A stretch of DNA of 64,000 nucleotides from a bacterium (lineage in GTDB: Bacteria > UBA8248): positions 320,001-384,000 of the forward strand of contig CBDBZY010000064.1 in assembly GCA_965213685.1 (NCBI GenBank), in the 5' to 3' direction. Under the pieces are notes generated by a model, which was not told the DNA's origin, searched no databases, and was given only the letters and a program-made list of their open reading frames with translations. This document shows positions 51,780 through 64,000 of this stretch, piece by piece. Positions within the stretch are counted from its first letter, which is position 1. Each line of letters opens with the position of its first letter. A program made the position numbers and the translations under genes.

Positions 51780-52237
51780 CAAGGGCGTAGGAGCTGCAGC
51801 GGCCGGGGCAACCATGGCCGCTGCACTTTTTGCTGCTTATTGAATATTCATGACCACTTTTGGCGGCGTGGGCCTGGCCACGAGTCTGCGAACAGCATAT
51901 AGTAAACTAAACTATGACGTTATCGACGCTCAGGCTAATATCCGCGACCATCATCCTTACCAACCGAGTGAATTCAAGTTCCCCAAAAGAGAATTCGATT
52001 GGAAAATGAAAGTAAAGCGGTCTTTCCACACAGGTTCCACGGCGTGGTTAAAGCAATTGAGTTGGCTGAAACAGGCTCAAAAACCACCTCAGAAGAGCTG
52101 AAATATAAAATTTTTCTGGGGGGGGGGGGGGGGGCACCCCAGACCCCCCCCTAGTAAGTGCGTGCTTAGCACGCACAATCATATTTCTGTATGTCGCTAT
52201 TGGCCTCTCCACTTTTTACTTGCTTCCTATGGGCCTG
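51780..52237. mobile_element. hAT-like MITE with 5-bp TSD and a residual transposase N-terminus
   Basis: caagggcgtaggagc ... gcttcctatgggcctg flanked by ATCAG on both sides; internal PYQPSEFKFPKREF..KRSF resembles the TTF-type N-terminus of hAT transposases. Confidence 0.65.
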
Positions 52238-53959
52238 ATCAGTAAATCTGAATGACCATATCAGGTGGTTGAAAGAGAGGAAGACAGATACTTGCAGTCT
52301 CCCCAGCCTGAAACAGACACTAAGCCCTTAGAATGAAAGTTCACAGTGAACACTATCCTCATTTAGCTATTCTCGCAACCAGTTTAATGTCGGAGAGGGT
52401 TCTAGTTTAGCTGGCTACGTTGTGTCTGACAGGAGGCCTTGCCTAAAACCACACAGGGTTAACATGTAGTCTTTTTAGGTAAGAACTCTGAAGTACATAT
52501 TTTGTTATGGTATGCTTTTCATGAAACACTGTTGTGTTGTATTTCTTGTTAGTTCAAAGATGCAGTGTAAATATATCGTGATGTCTAGCTCATATTATTG
52601 GAGTATTTACTTATGTCGTCATAGGCCTATACCACCCAGCACTAAAGTCTGGAAGTAGCAGCAATACCCTTCACCGATAACACATAGTTGTGCACTGCTA
52701 GAGGAACAAGACGTAGCTCATTGACCACAACCACAAAGAGCCCTTTTGACACTGTTGGTGGGTATCAAAATTAAACTTTAAGACAAAATTCATTGCCATC
52801 TCTACATGTCCATTATGTTGCAGGCACTCACTATGTACAAACAGTGTCTCTATAAGCTAATTGGCCACACTACCACTAATCACCTGTTGGCTGACTTCTG
52901 CTTGCCCCCAGTGTTCAACATTCCACTAGTATTGGATCCTGGCTTTGATGAGGGTGTCACCTCGGCTTAACTAGGTACCTACACCATCCAAAACAAGACT
53001 GAATGCTGAGCACAAACATGAAAGCTAACCACCTACCAGTAGGGGGGGGGGGGGGAGTGGACACTATTATGCTGTGACAAGCACTAATGAATAAGCATTG
53101 CTATTCCAGGCACAGCAAAGATAAGCTAGGGAGAGATAACAGAGATGCACTAAGGAGACAGTAATCCTATTAGGGGTGAAGTGTCAAAAGTACCTTTTTT
53201 ACCTCATGTGTAATCCAGACCTTGAGAGCAATGAGTTAGTTAAGGCTAATTGGTTCTCCAGTGTCTATACAACAGTGTGTACAAACAAACACCAGGTCAG
53301 AAAGTGGTCCCCCTATGGCTCATGCAAGCACCCCACGAAAGCAGAAGGAAGTAGTGGATGCAGTGAACGAGCGGCAGTCACTCTGTCCCGCTTCTAGCTC
53401 GACAATCATTAGAGTGAGTCTGCGACAACTCCCTACTTTCCCAGACATGGAACTGGATACCTGAATATATTCAGTCCTTCATTCACTTGTAACTAAAGCC
53501 CCTGACCTCAAAGTTCCTTGGACTTCCAGTATGCCCAAACGGGTACATTCATAGGCTCAGGACGCTCCTACGCAAACGATGTACCGTACCACTGTAGAAA
53601 CAGCTAATCAGGGTTTGCATTAAAGCTCCAGAATACACACACTGAAACGCACGCTTGTTTGGCAACCCGGCCCACCCTGCAACACGTGACGGCCCTACAG
53701 CTATCACTCACTGCCACCCAACCATCACCTTTTGAAAGCAGGAGGGATATCCAGGAGGAGAAATCGACTGGGCGACTCGTGCAGTTGCAGATCACACACA
53801 CGGCTGGAGCCCTGACCCTGATAGACCTTGACCACTATTAATTGCACAAAGGGGCGCCCGCTATAGCGCCAGCGGGTTAGTAAAAAATCCTTATCGCATA
53901 GCTTAGTCTCCGCCTACCGTAAGCTATAAGCTTACGTCACTGGGGTACCCGCCGCCCAA

Positions 53960-56039
53960 TAGGCTTGTGCACATCATTCCATGAATTCTGCCTATTATTC
54001 TATTCCAGTATTCCCACTTCTTCTACAGATTATTCCCCATATTTCACCTCAGTATTATTCCCATGAATTTTACGTATTATTCTTATACGACGAAAGATCT
54101 AGAAGAGCATATGCAAGTGGGTGAAGTAGGGAGAGTGCAAAGGTAGAGAATTCTAGGCACTTCCTTGACTCCACTACGTTCTTCACTTGCAAAAAGGAGT
54201 AGCAGGGCTTAATAGAGTGAGGAGTGAGGATAAAGACCTACTTTGCAGTGAGGAGGAGGTGGAATTTCTTCTTTCATCTGTTGACCCCAACAAAGCCACT
54301 GGCCCTGATGGCATATCAGCTAGAATGCTGAAGTCAACTGCTGCTAGTATTGCACCTGCAGTTATGGCAATCTTCAATTTGTCTCTGATTCAAGGCCAGT
54401 TGCCTATGGAGTGGAAAGTGGCTCAAGTCATACCAATACCCAAGTCTGAACAACTATCTAATCCTACTAACTACAGACCAATTTCCTTGCTCTCCATTCT
54501 GAGTAAATTGTTAGAAAGGTATGTGCAAACCCACCTCCTCAACCATTTTTGCTTCTCAAAAGAAAAATCCACTACTGGTGCTCTCTTACCTGCAACGCAT
54601 ATGGCTCTTGAAGCTGGAGAGGATGTTTGTTGTGTATTTTTGGACTTGACAAAGGCTTTTGATAAGGTTCCGCATTTACCTCTCTTACAAACACTTGCTG
54701 AACGTGGAATTAATGCACACCTATTGAATTGGTTATATGACTACTTAAGCCAGAGGTCCCAGTTTGTAGTTGCAAATGGTGAGAGGTCAAAGTGCTCAAA
54801 TGTCATTTCTGGAGTACCTCAAGGATCTGTGCTTGGTCCTCTTCTCTTCATCATCTACTTGGATGGCATAACAAAACGTCCACTTCATGATGGATCTTGC
54901 TTATTGTTATATGCTGATGACATCCTACTGTATCACTGGACACAACATCATGAGGACTATCTACTTCTGCAACAGGATATTGCTACTCTGGAATTATGGC
55001 TGCAGCAAAAATACTTGCAGTTGAATGTTACCAAATGTAAGTACATGGTTTTGACAAGGAAACGCCATCCCATCGATCCCTCACATCCCTTAGCAATCCA
55101 AGGAGCTCCTATTGAGAGAGTTTTTGAGTTTAAATACTTAGGAGTATACTTGACTCACAACTTATCTTGGAAATCTCATATACTACAGATATCTAAGAAG
55201 GCTAGGAAGCAGGCAGAAATTATTTACAGAACCTTCTATAAGTATTCAAATCCTGACTGCCTGAAGCAATTGTATCTGTCATTAATTTTGTGAGACCTCA
55301 TCTTGAATATGCTGCACCTGTGTGGGATCCCTACTGTTCCTCTCATGTTGATATTCTAGAGAAAGTCCAAAAGTTTGCTCTTCGTATTTCCTACAAGGCT
55401 TGGAAGGAACAGTACACATCTCTTCTTGAGAGATCTGGACTGCAGCCTCTGGCTATACAAAGGAAACTTTTGAAACTCTGCTACCTATATCATCTCATAC
55501 AGGATGATGTCACTTTTTCTGAGGCTCCAATTATTCCTAGGAACCTTGATCCCCGGCTCAGAAACTTCTACCCACAACTTCTTTGCCAGCCATATTGTAC
55601 ATCCACCTCATACATGTTCTCATTTTTTCCGCATGTTATTGCATTATGGAACGCTTTACCTTCTGCATTGCATTGTGTTGATACATTTTCTGAGTTTAAA
55701 TGTAATGTTTTGTCCTTCCTGCAGGCTGATTGTGTTGTGTTGGTGTAATATGGGTGCATTGTTTATTAGCAACATGTTACTAATGTATCCTTGCGTGTAT
55801 GTGCAAACTTTTCATAGAAAAAAAATGATATAAATGTACGTGTACACACACATTGTAAGAACTGACTTAATAATTGACTGCTAGTTACACAACCTTGGGC
55901 CTTAAAATTCATCTGGCATTACTACTCAAGCGTATACTGGTTTCCTGCCCAAAACCTTCCGATCATTCCCGCATAATTCTCGCTGATAAACTGTACCTAT
56001 TATTCTCAGAATCATGCAGGCATAATGTGCACAAGTCTA
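53960..56039. mobile_element. hAT MITE with 8-bp TSD CCGCCCAA, interrupted by a LINE
   Basis: taggcttgtgcacat ... atgtgcacaagtcta; ccgcccaa at 53952-53959 and 56040-56047. Confidence 0.8.
54187..55826 (+). mobile_element. 5'-truncated CR1/L2-like LINE (RT pseudogene)
   Basis: KATGPDGI, NYRPISLLS, FLDLTKAFDKVPH, SGVPQGSVLGP, YADD, FKYLGV, RPHLEYA..WDP; A-rich end near 55817-55825. Confidence 0.9.
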
Positions 56040-57800
56040 CCGCCCAAGCTCTTGTTGTGAACACTTTAAAAAGTCATGATGGACTGCACTGCATTCACGC
56101 CGGTTTATTGTGTACCCGATGCTCGAGAAATCCGTGCACGAGAAAAATACGGTTTTTTGTTATGCCAGTGACGCAAGGGAGTTTGGCGCGCGCCGCTACA
56201 AGTGACTTGTATGTAAGCCCCGCCTGCTGTGAATTAGTAGTATCGTAGTAATCTCTAATCAGCCTGCAACAACTTGAAGCGAGCTGCAACTTGAGAGGCA
56301 GTAAAAAGAAGGTGAGTGTGTGCGTGTGTGTGTGTGTGTGTGCATCTTCTGTCAGCATATAGCGACTGATTGTGCGTATAACTGCGTGCCAGGCCTCCAA
56401 ACACCAGCAGTGATTATTTTGCGCTTACGTCAGTGTCACTGTGTAAGTGGGCTCTGCGGGCGCGTGGGTATGCTTTAATGGCCTCGCGCTGCTTACCTAT
56501 ACGCTTACGATCTATTTGTCTAACATGTTCATGCACTGGAGGCGTGTTGCCAGTGGGTAACATGACCACTGTCTGCTCAGATTACCAGCCGTTGTAGGCG
56601 AACCTGCGCAGTAAGAATCTCATTATGATTCACCACAAATCCACGACCAGTTGTCGTTCTGACCTTGCATTGATCAGTGATGGTGACGAGGTGGCCACGT
56701 TTTCGGCAAACGCTGTTTGAAGCGGAAGAGCACCTGTGATAAACAGTGGTGTATGGGGCACTCCCAGGTTTACATATACAGGAGGTGTTTGCAACTGGAT
56801 GCAAAGTTGTGAATCCCATTCATCTGGTTACCAAACAACGAGGCCTGGTGAGGTTAAAAGCCTCTGCTTGGGTTGGGATGACAGGAGAGCACCAGATATA
56901 GAGATGTGAGATGAAACCAGTAGCATACTCTTGTGACAGTTTTGCCTGTGAATCTGCATGGCAGCATCTCATGCATGATTTATGTATATGCCACACAAGC
57001 TCAATGCCATGCCGTAATCAATCTCCTGGAATGCACATGATTTCTTGCGGTTACTCACTACCTCCTGTGTGCATGTATGTAGTCTAAAAGAAGGGTCAGT
57101 ATACCTACACATGCAATGCACCCTCCTTTGCCTCATGCCAGGCTTGCTGTAACTACAGCTGGTGCTCAGAACTATGCAAACAGGCCATATGTTAGCACAT
57201 GATGTCTCACTACTCTGTCTTCTGTTGTGGCAGATATCAGAGATCAGTGAAGCAGTGGCTGATGCAGTACATACCTCTGAGGTAAATGGATAGTCTTGTT
57301 GACAAACATATTGCTTGCTTAGTAATATAATGAGAGGAACGTATGATTGGGTTCGTGGGTAGTCATCAGGTTCAGTAGCCCTGTTGCCAAAGTGTGGAGC
57401 CACCTGCACAGTCCTAATCCTTCAGGAAACACCGCTGGTTGTTTCTCTGGTCCCTTGTACTGTATCCAAGCATTACATACATGTTTGTGTGTGGAGTGTT
57501 GAGATGAAATTAATGATTGTGTATTCTAGGAACAAGTTCATGTATTCATTAGCAATACATGCAGAGAGCCATACGTTTTGAGCCAACATTTGTTGTACCT
57601 GTGTCAATATTGTGAGCATACATTTGCCCTCATTGTGACTATGTTCTGTGTGTGTACCCTTTATCCCTTGGGAAATCATTAACTATTCTGACCACTTACT
57701 CAGTAATCCCTCAAGTGGAGCAAGGAATTCACTGAACCTTTGATAAAATCTCTAATGAGTATATATTCAGTAAACATGATAAATAGATGCTACAGAGAAT

Positions 57801-58193
57801 TAGGAACGCACACATTATTCGGGAAACTCTTTGGAAATAATAGGCCCTTCTATGTTAAAAATAGGTCCCACATTAACGAACATGCCTCCTTTACCACGTC
57901 ACCACACGGTCCCTCATTTGTAATGGCCAACCTTAACAACTGCAAAGACTCTAGGGAGGGCAGCAGTGGAAGCTCAGCTTGTATGCTCCTCGCTGATGCC
58001 ACAGGAGTCGTCAGGGCCTAACGCCTTCAGTGACAAAGATCACCGTGCTGCTGTTTTTGATTGTTTTCCAGAGCTTTTTATACGCTTTTAATTGAAAATA
58101 ATAGGTTGATGTCGAGAGGATAATGGGCAACAATCATGGGAGTTTAGGAATGGAATTTTGGGCCATTTGAAGAGCATAATGTGCGTGTCCCTA
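57801..58193. mobile_element. hAT MITE with 8-bp TSD CAGAGAAT
   Basis: taggaacgcacacattat ... ataatgtgcgtgtcccta; cagagaat on both sides. Confidence 0.8.
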
Positions 58194-59409
58194 CAGAGAA
58201 TTGTACTCTCTGTATGAGGATGGAAACATATTGTACTTTGTGTTACATCAGAGATGTCCTTGTAGACCAGCATACATATTATGTGCACATGTACATAGTT
58301 TTCTCCCAATTGTTGGCATGGAAATACTGTGTGCTCCTCTGTTTTTGCATTGATCCTATCACTTCACCATTGCTGGGGGGGGGGTTAATAAATGTTTGTG
58401 GTATACTTGTAACAGTGCCTTAACAAGACCACGCTTGCAGTTCTGTACACTACCAGTACATTGCTGAAAGTGAAAGACAGAAGTTCCATTGCAGCCTACC
58501 ACCATGCCACTTCTATGGTACTTTCATGGATGGCTCTGCAGAAAAGGAGAGAGTGAAGATAGTCAGCCTCTCTCAAGTGTCTGTACATGCAATAGCTTGC
58601 ACACGAGTGTGACAGTTGCCAGCTAGAGCCTTCATCTGCACCCTTTCTTTCCCCTGCTTTTGGCTATCTCCAGGACCAGTGTCCATTACCCAAACACTGT
58701 AGTATGCTATCTAGTTTCATCAGGCTTGGCCTGCAGTGTTGTGCTTGTCTATTGTGCGTTTATTTTCACTATCCCTGTGATAGGTCTTCCGATTCTGTTT
58801 CAAGGTGGTGGAGTCGTTGTGTAGGACGCACCCACCATATGATGCAAGCACAGATCAGAAATGTGCAACTGTGCAACTGTGCACTGCTTTGTATGTGAGT
58901 GTACTAGACTTTGTAGAAAGAGGTCTGCAAGACCTGGCACTCACTCCTAGGGTCTCATGGCAGTGTGTACGCATCATTGTTCCTCTCTGAGGGTGGCTCA
59001 AGTTACAGCCTCACCTGGATAATGAATTTCAAAACCTGCATGTGGGAGGGGTCTAGTCTGAGTGTACTGTACTTTGGCTGTCATAAACATGGTAGACATG
59101 TGGCATGAGTGACTGCACTAACAAAGAGCAGCTTGTTGAACAGCTATTACTCTATTCATGTATGTACATAATCATGTGTGAATGCACCTTGACAAACCTG
59201 TTAGTGTGAGTGATTCAGAAGTACTCAGGCTGTGGTATGGTGGCCATGCATCACAACTGACTGCACAAACAGAGGGCACTCTGACAGCTTGTTGAACAGC
59301 TATCACTCTGTGCATATGTAGAAGGTGGGTACTCTGGGTTTCATATCTACATTCATAGCACTCCTGCATGTGCTGGGGACTGCTCTCCTGCAGGTGCTGG
59401 GGACTGCTG

Positions 59410-59700
59410 GGTGCTGTTCCCTGACCTCTGTAGCACTATAAAGAATGATAGTAGTACACAACTCTTCTTCACTAAACTGTTTTGAAATGAGGTTGTAAAC
59501 AACTCTTTTATCAATGGTTGCTGACAACTACAGAGTTGGTGTGTGTGTCTCACTGGTGGCAGTTGGGACTAGACCTCTGTAGCATTATATGAATGATAGT
59601 AGTACACAACGTTTGTTCACTGAACTGTTTTGAAATGAGGTTTGTAAACAACTCTTGGTCGCTGACAACTACAGAGTTGGTGTGTGTCTCATTGGGACTA
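59410..59700. repeat. Imperfect ~150-bp tandem duplication (similar local duplications at 59100-59310 and 62590-62830)
   Basis: gacctctgtagca..gaatgatagtagtacacaac..ctgttttgaaatgagg..gctgacaactacagagttggtgtgtgt occurs twice. Confidence 0.75.
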
Positions 59701-62700
59701 GGAGGTTGTTTGCAGTTGCCTTTCTGGGAGCACACAGTGCTCATGTGTTGGGGTTTGTTTCAGTTGCCTTACCTCTTTCCTTCCTCCTCCCTTCCTCCTC
59801 TCTCTCCACCTTCAGTGGAGTGGCTGTTTTTTTGCCCCATCTGTAGACACATGGCATTGCTATGCTTTTCACTTCCCTATTTCCAGGCAGGAAAGGGACT
59901 GACCAAGAAATGAATACTACGAGACATGAAGGAAAGGGACTATGAAAGCCCACATGTAGGGAAGCCAGTTGGTGGAGGGGATTCCCCTTACCATCCCCGG
60001 GCTTTGCTGGTGGCCTGTTACCTTCCCTCCCTTTCCTTTTCCTCCTGCTAATCTTCCCAACCTTTGCCCTATTACTTGTTATACTCAGCAGATGGCTGAT
60101 ATGATAGCACACAAACAAAACAATGTGGTCTTGCTCTGGCCCCTTCTGTTGCCATAGGATACCACAGCTTCTTGTTTCTAAACTTTTCTTTCAGAAATAC
60201 ATGTTATTTTACTCCATTTGCTGGGACCACAAGGCTACTACTGTATGGCCATAAGCTATACCTATGGGCAAGCTCCCCTGACATATATTATATCTCTCCT
60301 CGATCTCCCTTTCCTACCTCCTTCCATTCCATTGTCCCTGACTGAACTGTCTAGGCATCCATTTATCCTATCCCTATGCATGGCCTTGTTTCATTGCTCC
60401 TATCCTCGGGAGAGAGAGGAATATTCACACACAAAGAATAACCTAGTATTCTCTGCCTTGTAAGTGATCCATGTATATATGCATGTGGCTCCTGGTTTTT
60501 CACCATTTCTCTAAAAACTCCCTAAGCCTTTTTCATCATATATCAGAGAGTCGGTAGACTCTCTATAATATATAATAAGCAGGTCTATAATAATTATAAA
60601 TAGCAATAGAAGGAGCACAGAAGGTACTACACTATCACATCAGCTATCTACCCAGTTGATTTAAACCACACATGATGAGGGACAAGGGAGGGAGCGAGGG
60701 AGGGAGAGAGGCAGAGAGGGTACTATTGTCTCATAATCATCCAGAGAACTTTCCAACTAGTCACAAGACTAGGGGAAGGATGGCAGGACAGGGGAAGGCA
60801 AGAGGAGGGGGCTGGGTGGTTGGGGGTATGTATGCTGTTGGGTAGACTAAACACGACTTGCACTCAAGTAACTATAAAGGTGCTGTGATGTAATAGAGGG
60901 GAAGAAGGGAAGTTACTGACTACATAAGTAGTGGGGATGTTCCCTTCCATGGGGGGAGGGGGGGGGGGGGGGGGGGGGGGGGGTGGGAGGTGACGTGTGC
61001 CACACACACACACACTCTTACTCTATCACACCTGCTATCTACTGCCCGGACAAACCCTTTCCCCCTAGTACCAAGAGAGTGTATAATAAGTGAGTGAGTG
61101 TAAGTCACTTGTTATGTACTCTTGCTAGTAGTGTTTGACTTTGGCTCTCTACAGCCTGAGCTATTCACAGAAGCATAGCAATGTCAGGATCGGGTGTGCA
61201 TAGGATTATGTGTATGTATATGCACAAGATTATGGAGTATGGGATTGGAGAGCTAGGTACAGTGATAGGAGAATGCACTGCTCTTCTGCCGTAAAGCAGG
61301 AGAGATGTTGCTCCATCTCTTAGCTCCCTCAATGTATGTCATCTCCACCATCCTATAATTATGTATTGTCTCGCTCACTCCTGATACATGTACATGTACA
61401 TACTTTGCATTGCATCTCCCATGAAGTTTGTGTATTGAATGCAGTATCAAAATGTGTAGTTATTCAATGTGTACGAGTCGTGTCCCCCACCATGCCCACA
61501 TCTCCATGCTGTATCTAGACTCTCCACCAGTAATTCTTTGTGCACTGTTGCATGTGATGCAGATAGGTGTACATGTATATGTACATACTAGCCCCAGGAA
61601 GGAATGTGTGTACGACAAACATTGTAATGTGTGGGAAGTGGAAGGAGGAGGGCTTAGGGAGGTCATTGCTAAAGTGGACTGCATTAGACGCTGAGGCCAA
61701 TTAGTGGAGCAGTTGTCCTCGGTCTAATGGAAACCACTCACTATCTGATCCATAACAGTGATGTAGTGGAGAAGTAATTTGGATGAGGTAGCTAGGCCCA
61801 CCCTCCAACAGGAATCTCCCATTAGCTCATGGGATTACTCATGTTTACTTTCAATTCCGGTTCTGTGGCTATCAGATCATGGCCCTCATGGGGTGGGGTA
61901 GGTCTGGTGTGGTGGTGGGTAGTTAGGGGGAGGTAAGGGGAGGGGAGGGAGTACTGTGGAGGGTCAGTTATGATGTATATTCTTGGAACTATTATCTGAT
62001 GAGGTCAGACCATCTGCCCACAGAATTACTAACAAGTACTTAAAATTGGATAGGATGTGATGGGTGTGAGTGTGGGGGGAGGGGAATTATCAGTTGAGTA
62101 CAGTCCATCACCATTAAAAGGAATGTGACTCTTGTGGCTTCCAAGATTCTGCAAGTCCATGCAGTCTATAATGGATCATAAGAAGGAACCCATGGAAAAG
62201 AGCAAGCAAACTATGTATGCTAGTGGAATGCTGAGCATTGTGGGCAAGCGGGAGTGAGTTTCTGCACAGAAATAGTGTGTGTAGCCTGCTAAGCTATATA
62301 GTGATCCATGAACGCAAACTACATGCATCTCTACAGCCACGTCACAATATGATATCTGTAGCAACATTTGCAAGAGCAGTCAAGTACAATTTTGGATCAC
62401 TAGCTGTAGTGCGCACTAGACTGGCCTCTTGGAAACAAAGATAATGTCCATGCTTACCGAGAAATATAGTTGCCTGCTAAGCTATAAAGTTATGTGTAAA
62501 CACATGGCACTGCATGTATACCAACAGCCAAGTCATATTCTCAGCATGTTGGAATCGAGTAGAATCATCGATGAGTACACCAACTTCGTATCTATACAAG
62601 CTAGTCGCAGTCTTTAGTCTAGCCCTAGTCCCCCCTCTTTACACTACCAGTGAACTAGTCCCTAGCGTGGGCCCCAATCTAACTAGCCTTTACCACATGT

Positions 62701-64000
62701 AACGACTATGTACCATGTCTACAAGCTAGTCGCTGTCTCTAGTCTAGCCCTAGACACACGACCAGTAAAACTACAGCAACCAGTAAACCTACAGCGTGGG
62801 CCCCAAGCCAACTAACCTTTGCCGCGCGTAACAACGCAGCAAATGGTAGCTGCCCTCCGAGCGTTGATGAGGTAAGGGACAGGGGTAGTCTGAATCGTGA
62901 GTCGCAATACCCGAGCCAAGGCTTGGTTGTGACCCGTAGAGCTAGCTCACTCCATTTGCCCTCTCTCCCCGTTTTACCAAGTAACTGGATGTGATCAAGC
63001 CGGCTTTATGTTTGCCCGTAGCGTGGGGGCCTGCGGGGACCAAAAAGGCCTCATAGCCGGATGAATATATATAGAAATCCGCTCCAGCATAACGACTAGG
63101 TGGGCTCACTCCCACTCGCCCAATAAGTGGAGAATGCCTTGTAGCTATAGTCTGGTATCTGAGCAATGGCTTCTCCAGGCTCTCCACCCTCACTCTGCTC
63201 ACCCAGTCACAAGTAGGCCTGACTGGCTTACGCAGCACTTCACCAGGTGGCCCCACCAATTGAATTTGAGCAGTGGGATTACTTGGCTCTACACTTCACA
63301 AGTACTGGTGTTTGTGCAGAGGTGTTGGATAGTTAGGAAAAGTGTGTGTGGGGAGCAAGGGTTGTGCGTTCAAGGCATGTGCCACTTCTGAGCTCATAAT
63401 TATTAATAAGGATTGGCATTTCCTTTGCATACTGAGTAACAGAGCATGTAGATCCATACTACCATCGCTAGCAATGTTTTGTGACCTCTGCCCGCGGTTC
63501 TTCCCGGCCATCCACTACATAGACATGAAGTAGTTAAGCTGGAATGTGTGTTGCTTTCAGGTGGTCTGGGAACAAGACTAGGCACAAAGCAAACAGCCAC
63601 CACATACGAAGGCAAAACCTCACGTCAGGCCACTCCCCTCAGTAAACAGCCAGCGAGTGCACTGAAACATGTGGCCAGGAGTTACGTTTGACTTATCATT
63701 GAAATTAGTGGGTTACCAGTACTTTTTGATTTCATAGGCAGTGTACTGACTCTCTGATACCGTCTCTCTGATAGACGTCGTTATGCGTAGCGTCTAGTCT
63801 TTACATACAGCTCATTTGAGTAGCATGTGTCAGCGCTATTCCCACAAGAGAGTCATTCGAGCAGCCAGACAACAATAGGCTTAGGCACTAGGCGTGGTCT
63901 CCATGCAAGTTATCTCTCATGTACTCAAAGTTATCCCACGTGACATGTCTTCTATAGACCAAGCATGGGAAAGCGAGTTCACCAAGGTTTGCCAAGATAC

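Larger units (their letters stand above)
43747..52644 (+). mobile_element. Fossil hAT (ZBED1/Tramp-like) transposon fragmented by nested insertions
   Basis: Termini tagtgctagggggtat / ataccacccagcacta. Transposase remnants at ~47800-48660 (TTDMWSS, HTGENI, TTDNG, SCFGHNLNLAV, DCPARWDS), ~51580 (LDP) and 52270-52490 (dimerisation region, SERV). Confidence 0.65.

Noticed and set aside
56200-57500. Possible gene start (CpG-rich, AAG|GTGAGT donor at ~56311)
   Set aside because: No convincing coding frame downstream; it could be a non-coding exon but is unsupported.

Overview
Eukaryotic, repeat-rich animal DNA with spliceosomal GT-AG introns, long (GT)n/(AG)n tracts and very frequent TACATGTA motifs. 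It looks like a demosponge or other early-branching metazoan; this is inference only. Two gene systems stand out. (1) A cluster of intronless AIG1/GIMAP/Toc34-like P-loop GTPases of two subtypes. Type A has an N-terminal MGxxxS myristoylation motif (1750-2850 -, 11665-12744 +). Type B is at 2977-4068 + (with a C-terminal glycine zipper) and 13850-14854 + (without one), plus a pseudogene at ~4218-4729. A1 and B1 are head-to-head, 126 bp apart, around a centred 40-bp palindrome, and the A+B pairing recurs downstream. (2) Two minus-strand paralogues encoding CABIT-like + Pro/Tyr-rich + SAM adaptor proteins with GAREM/THEMIS-like architecture: a 12-exon model (19934-30237, 869 aa) and an intron-poor one (39406-41632). 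The rest is a first exon of a secreted protein and a dense TE landscape: a CRE-like RLE retrotransposon, CR1/L2-like LINEs, tRNA-derived SINE-like repeats, hAT MITEs with 8- and 5-bp TSDs, and a ~9 kb hAT fossil with nested IS3EU-like and Tc1/IS630-like elements. All family calls come from motif recognition by eye; no searches were run.
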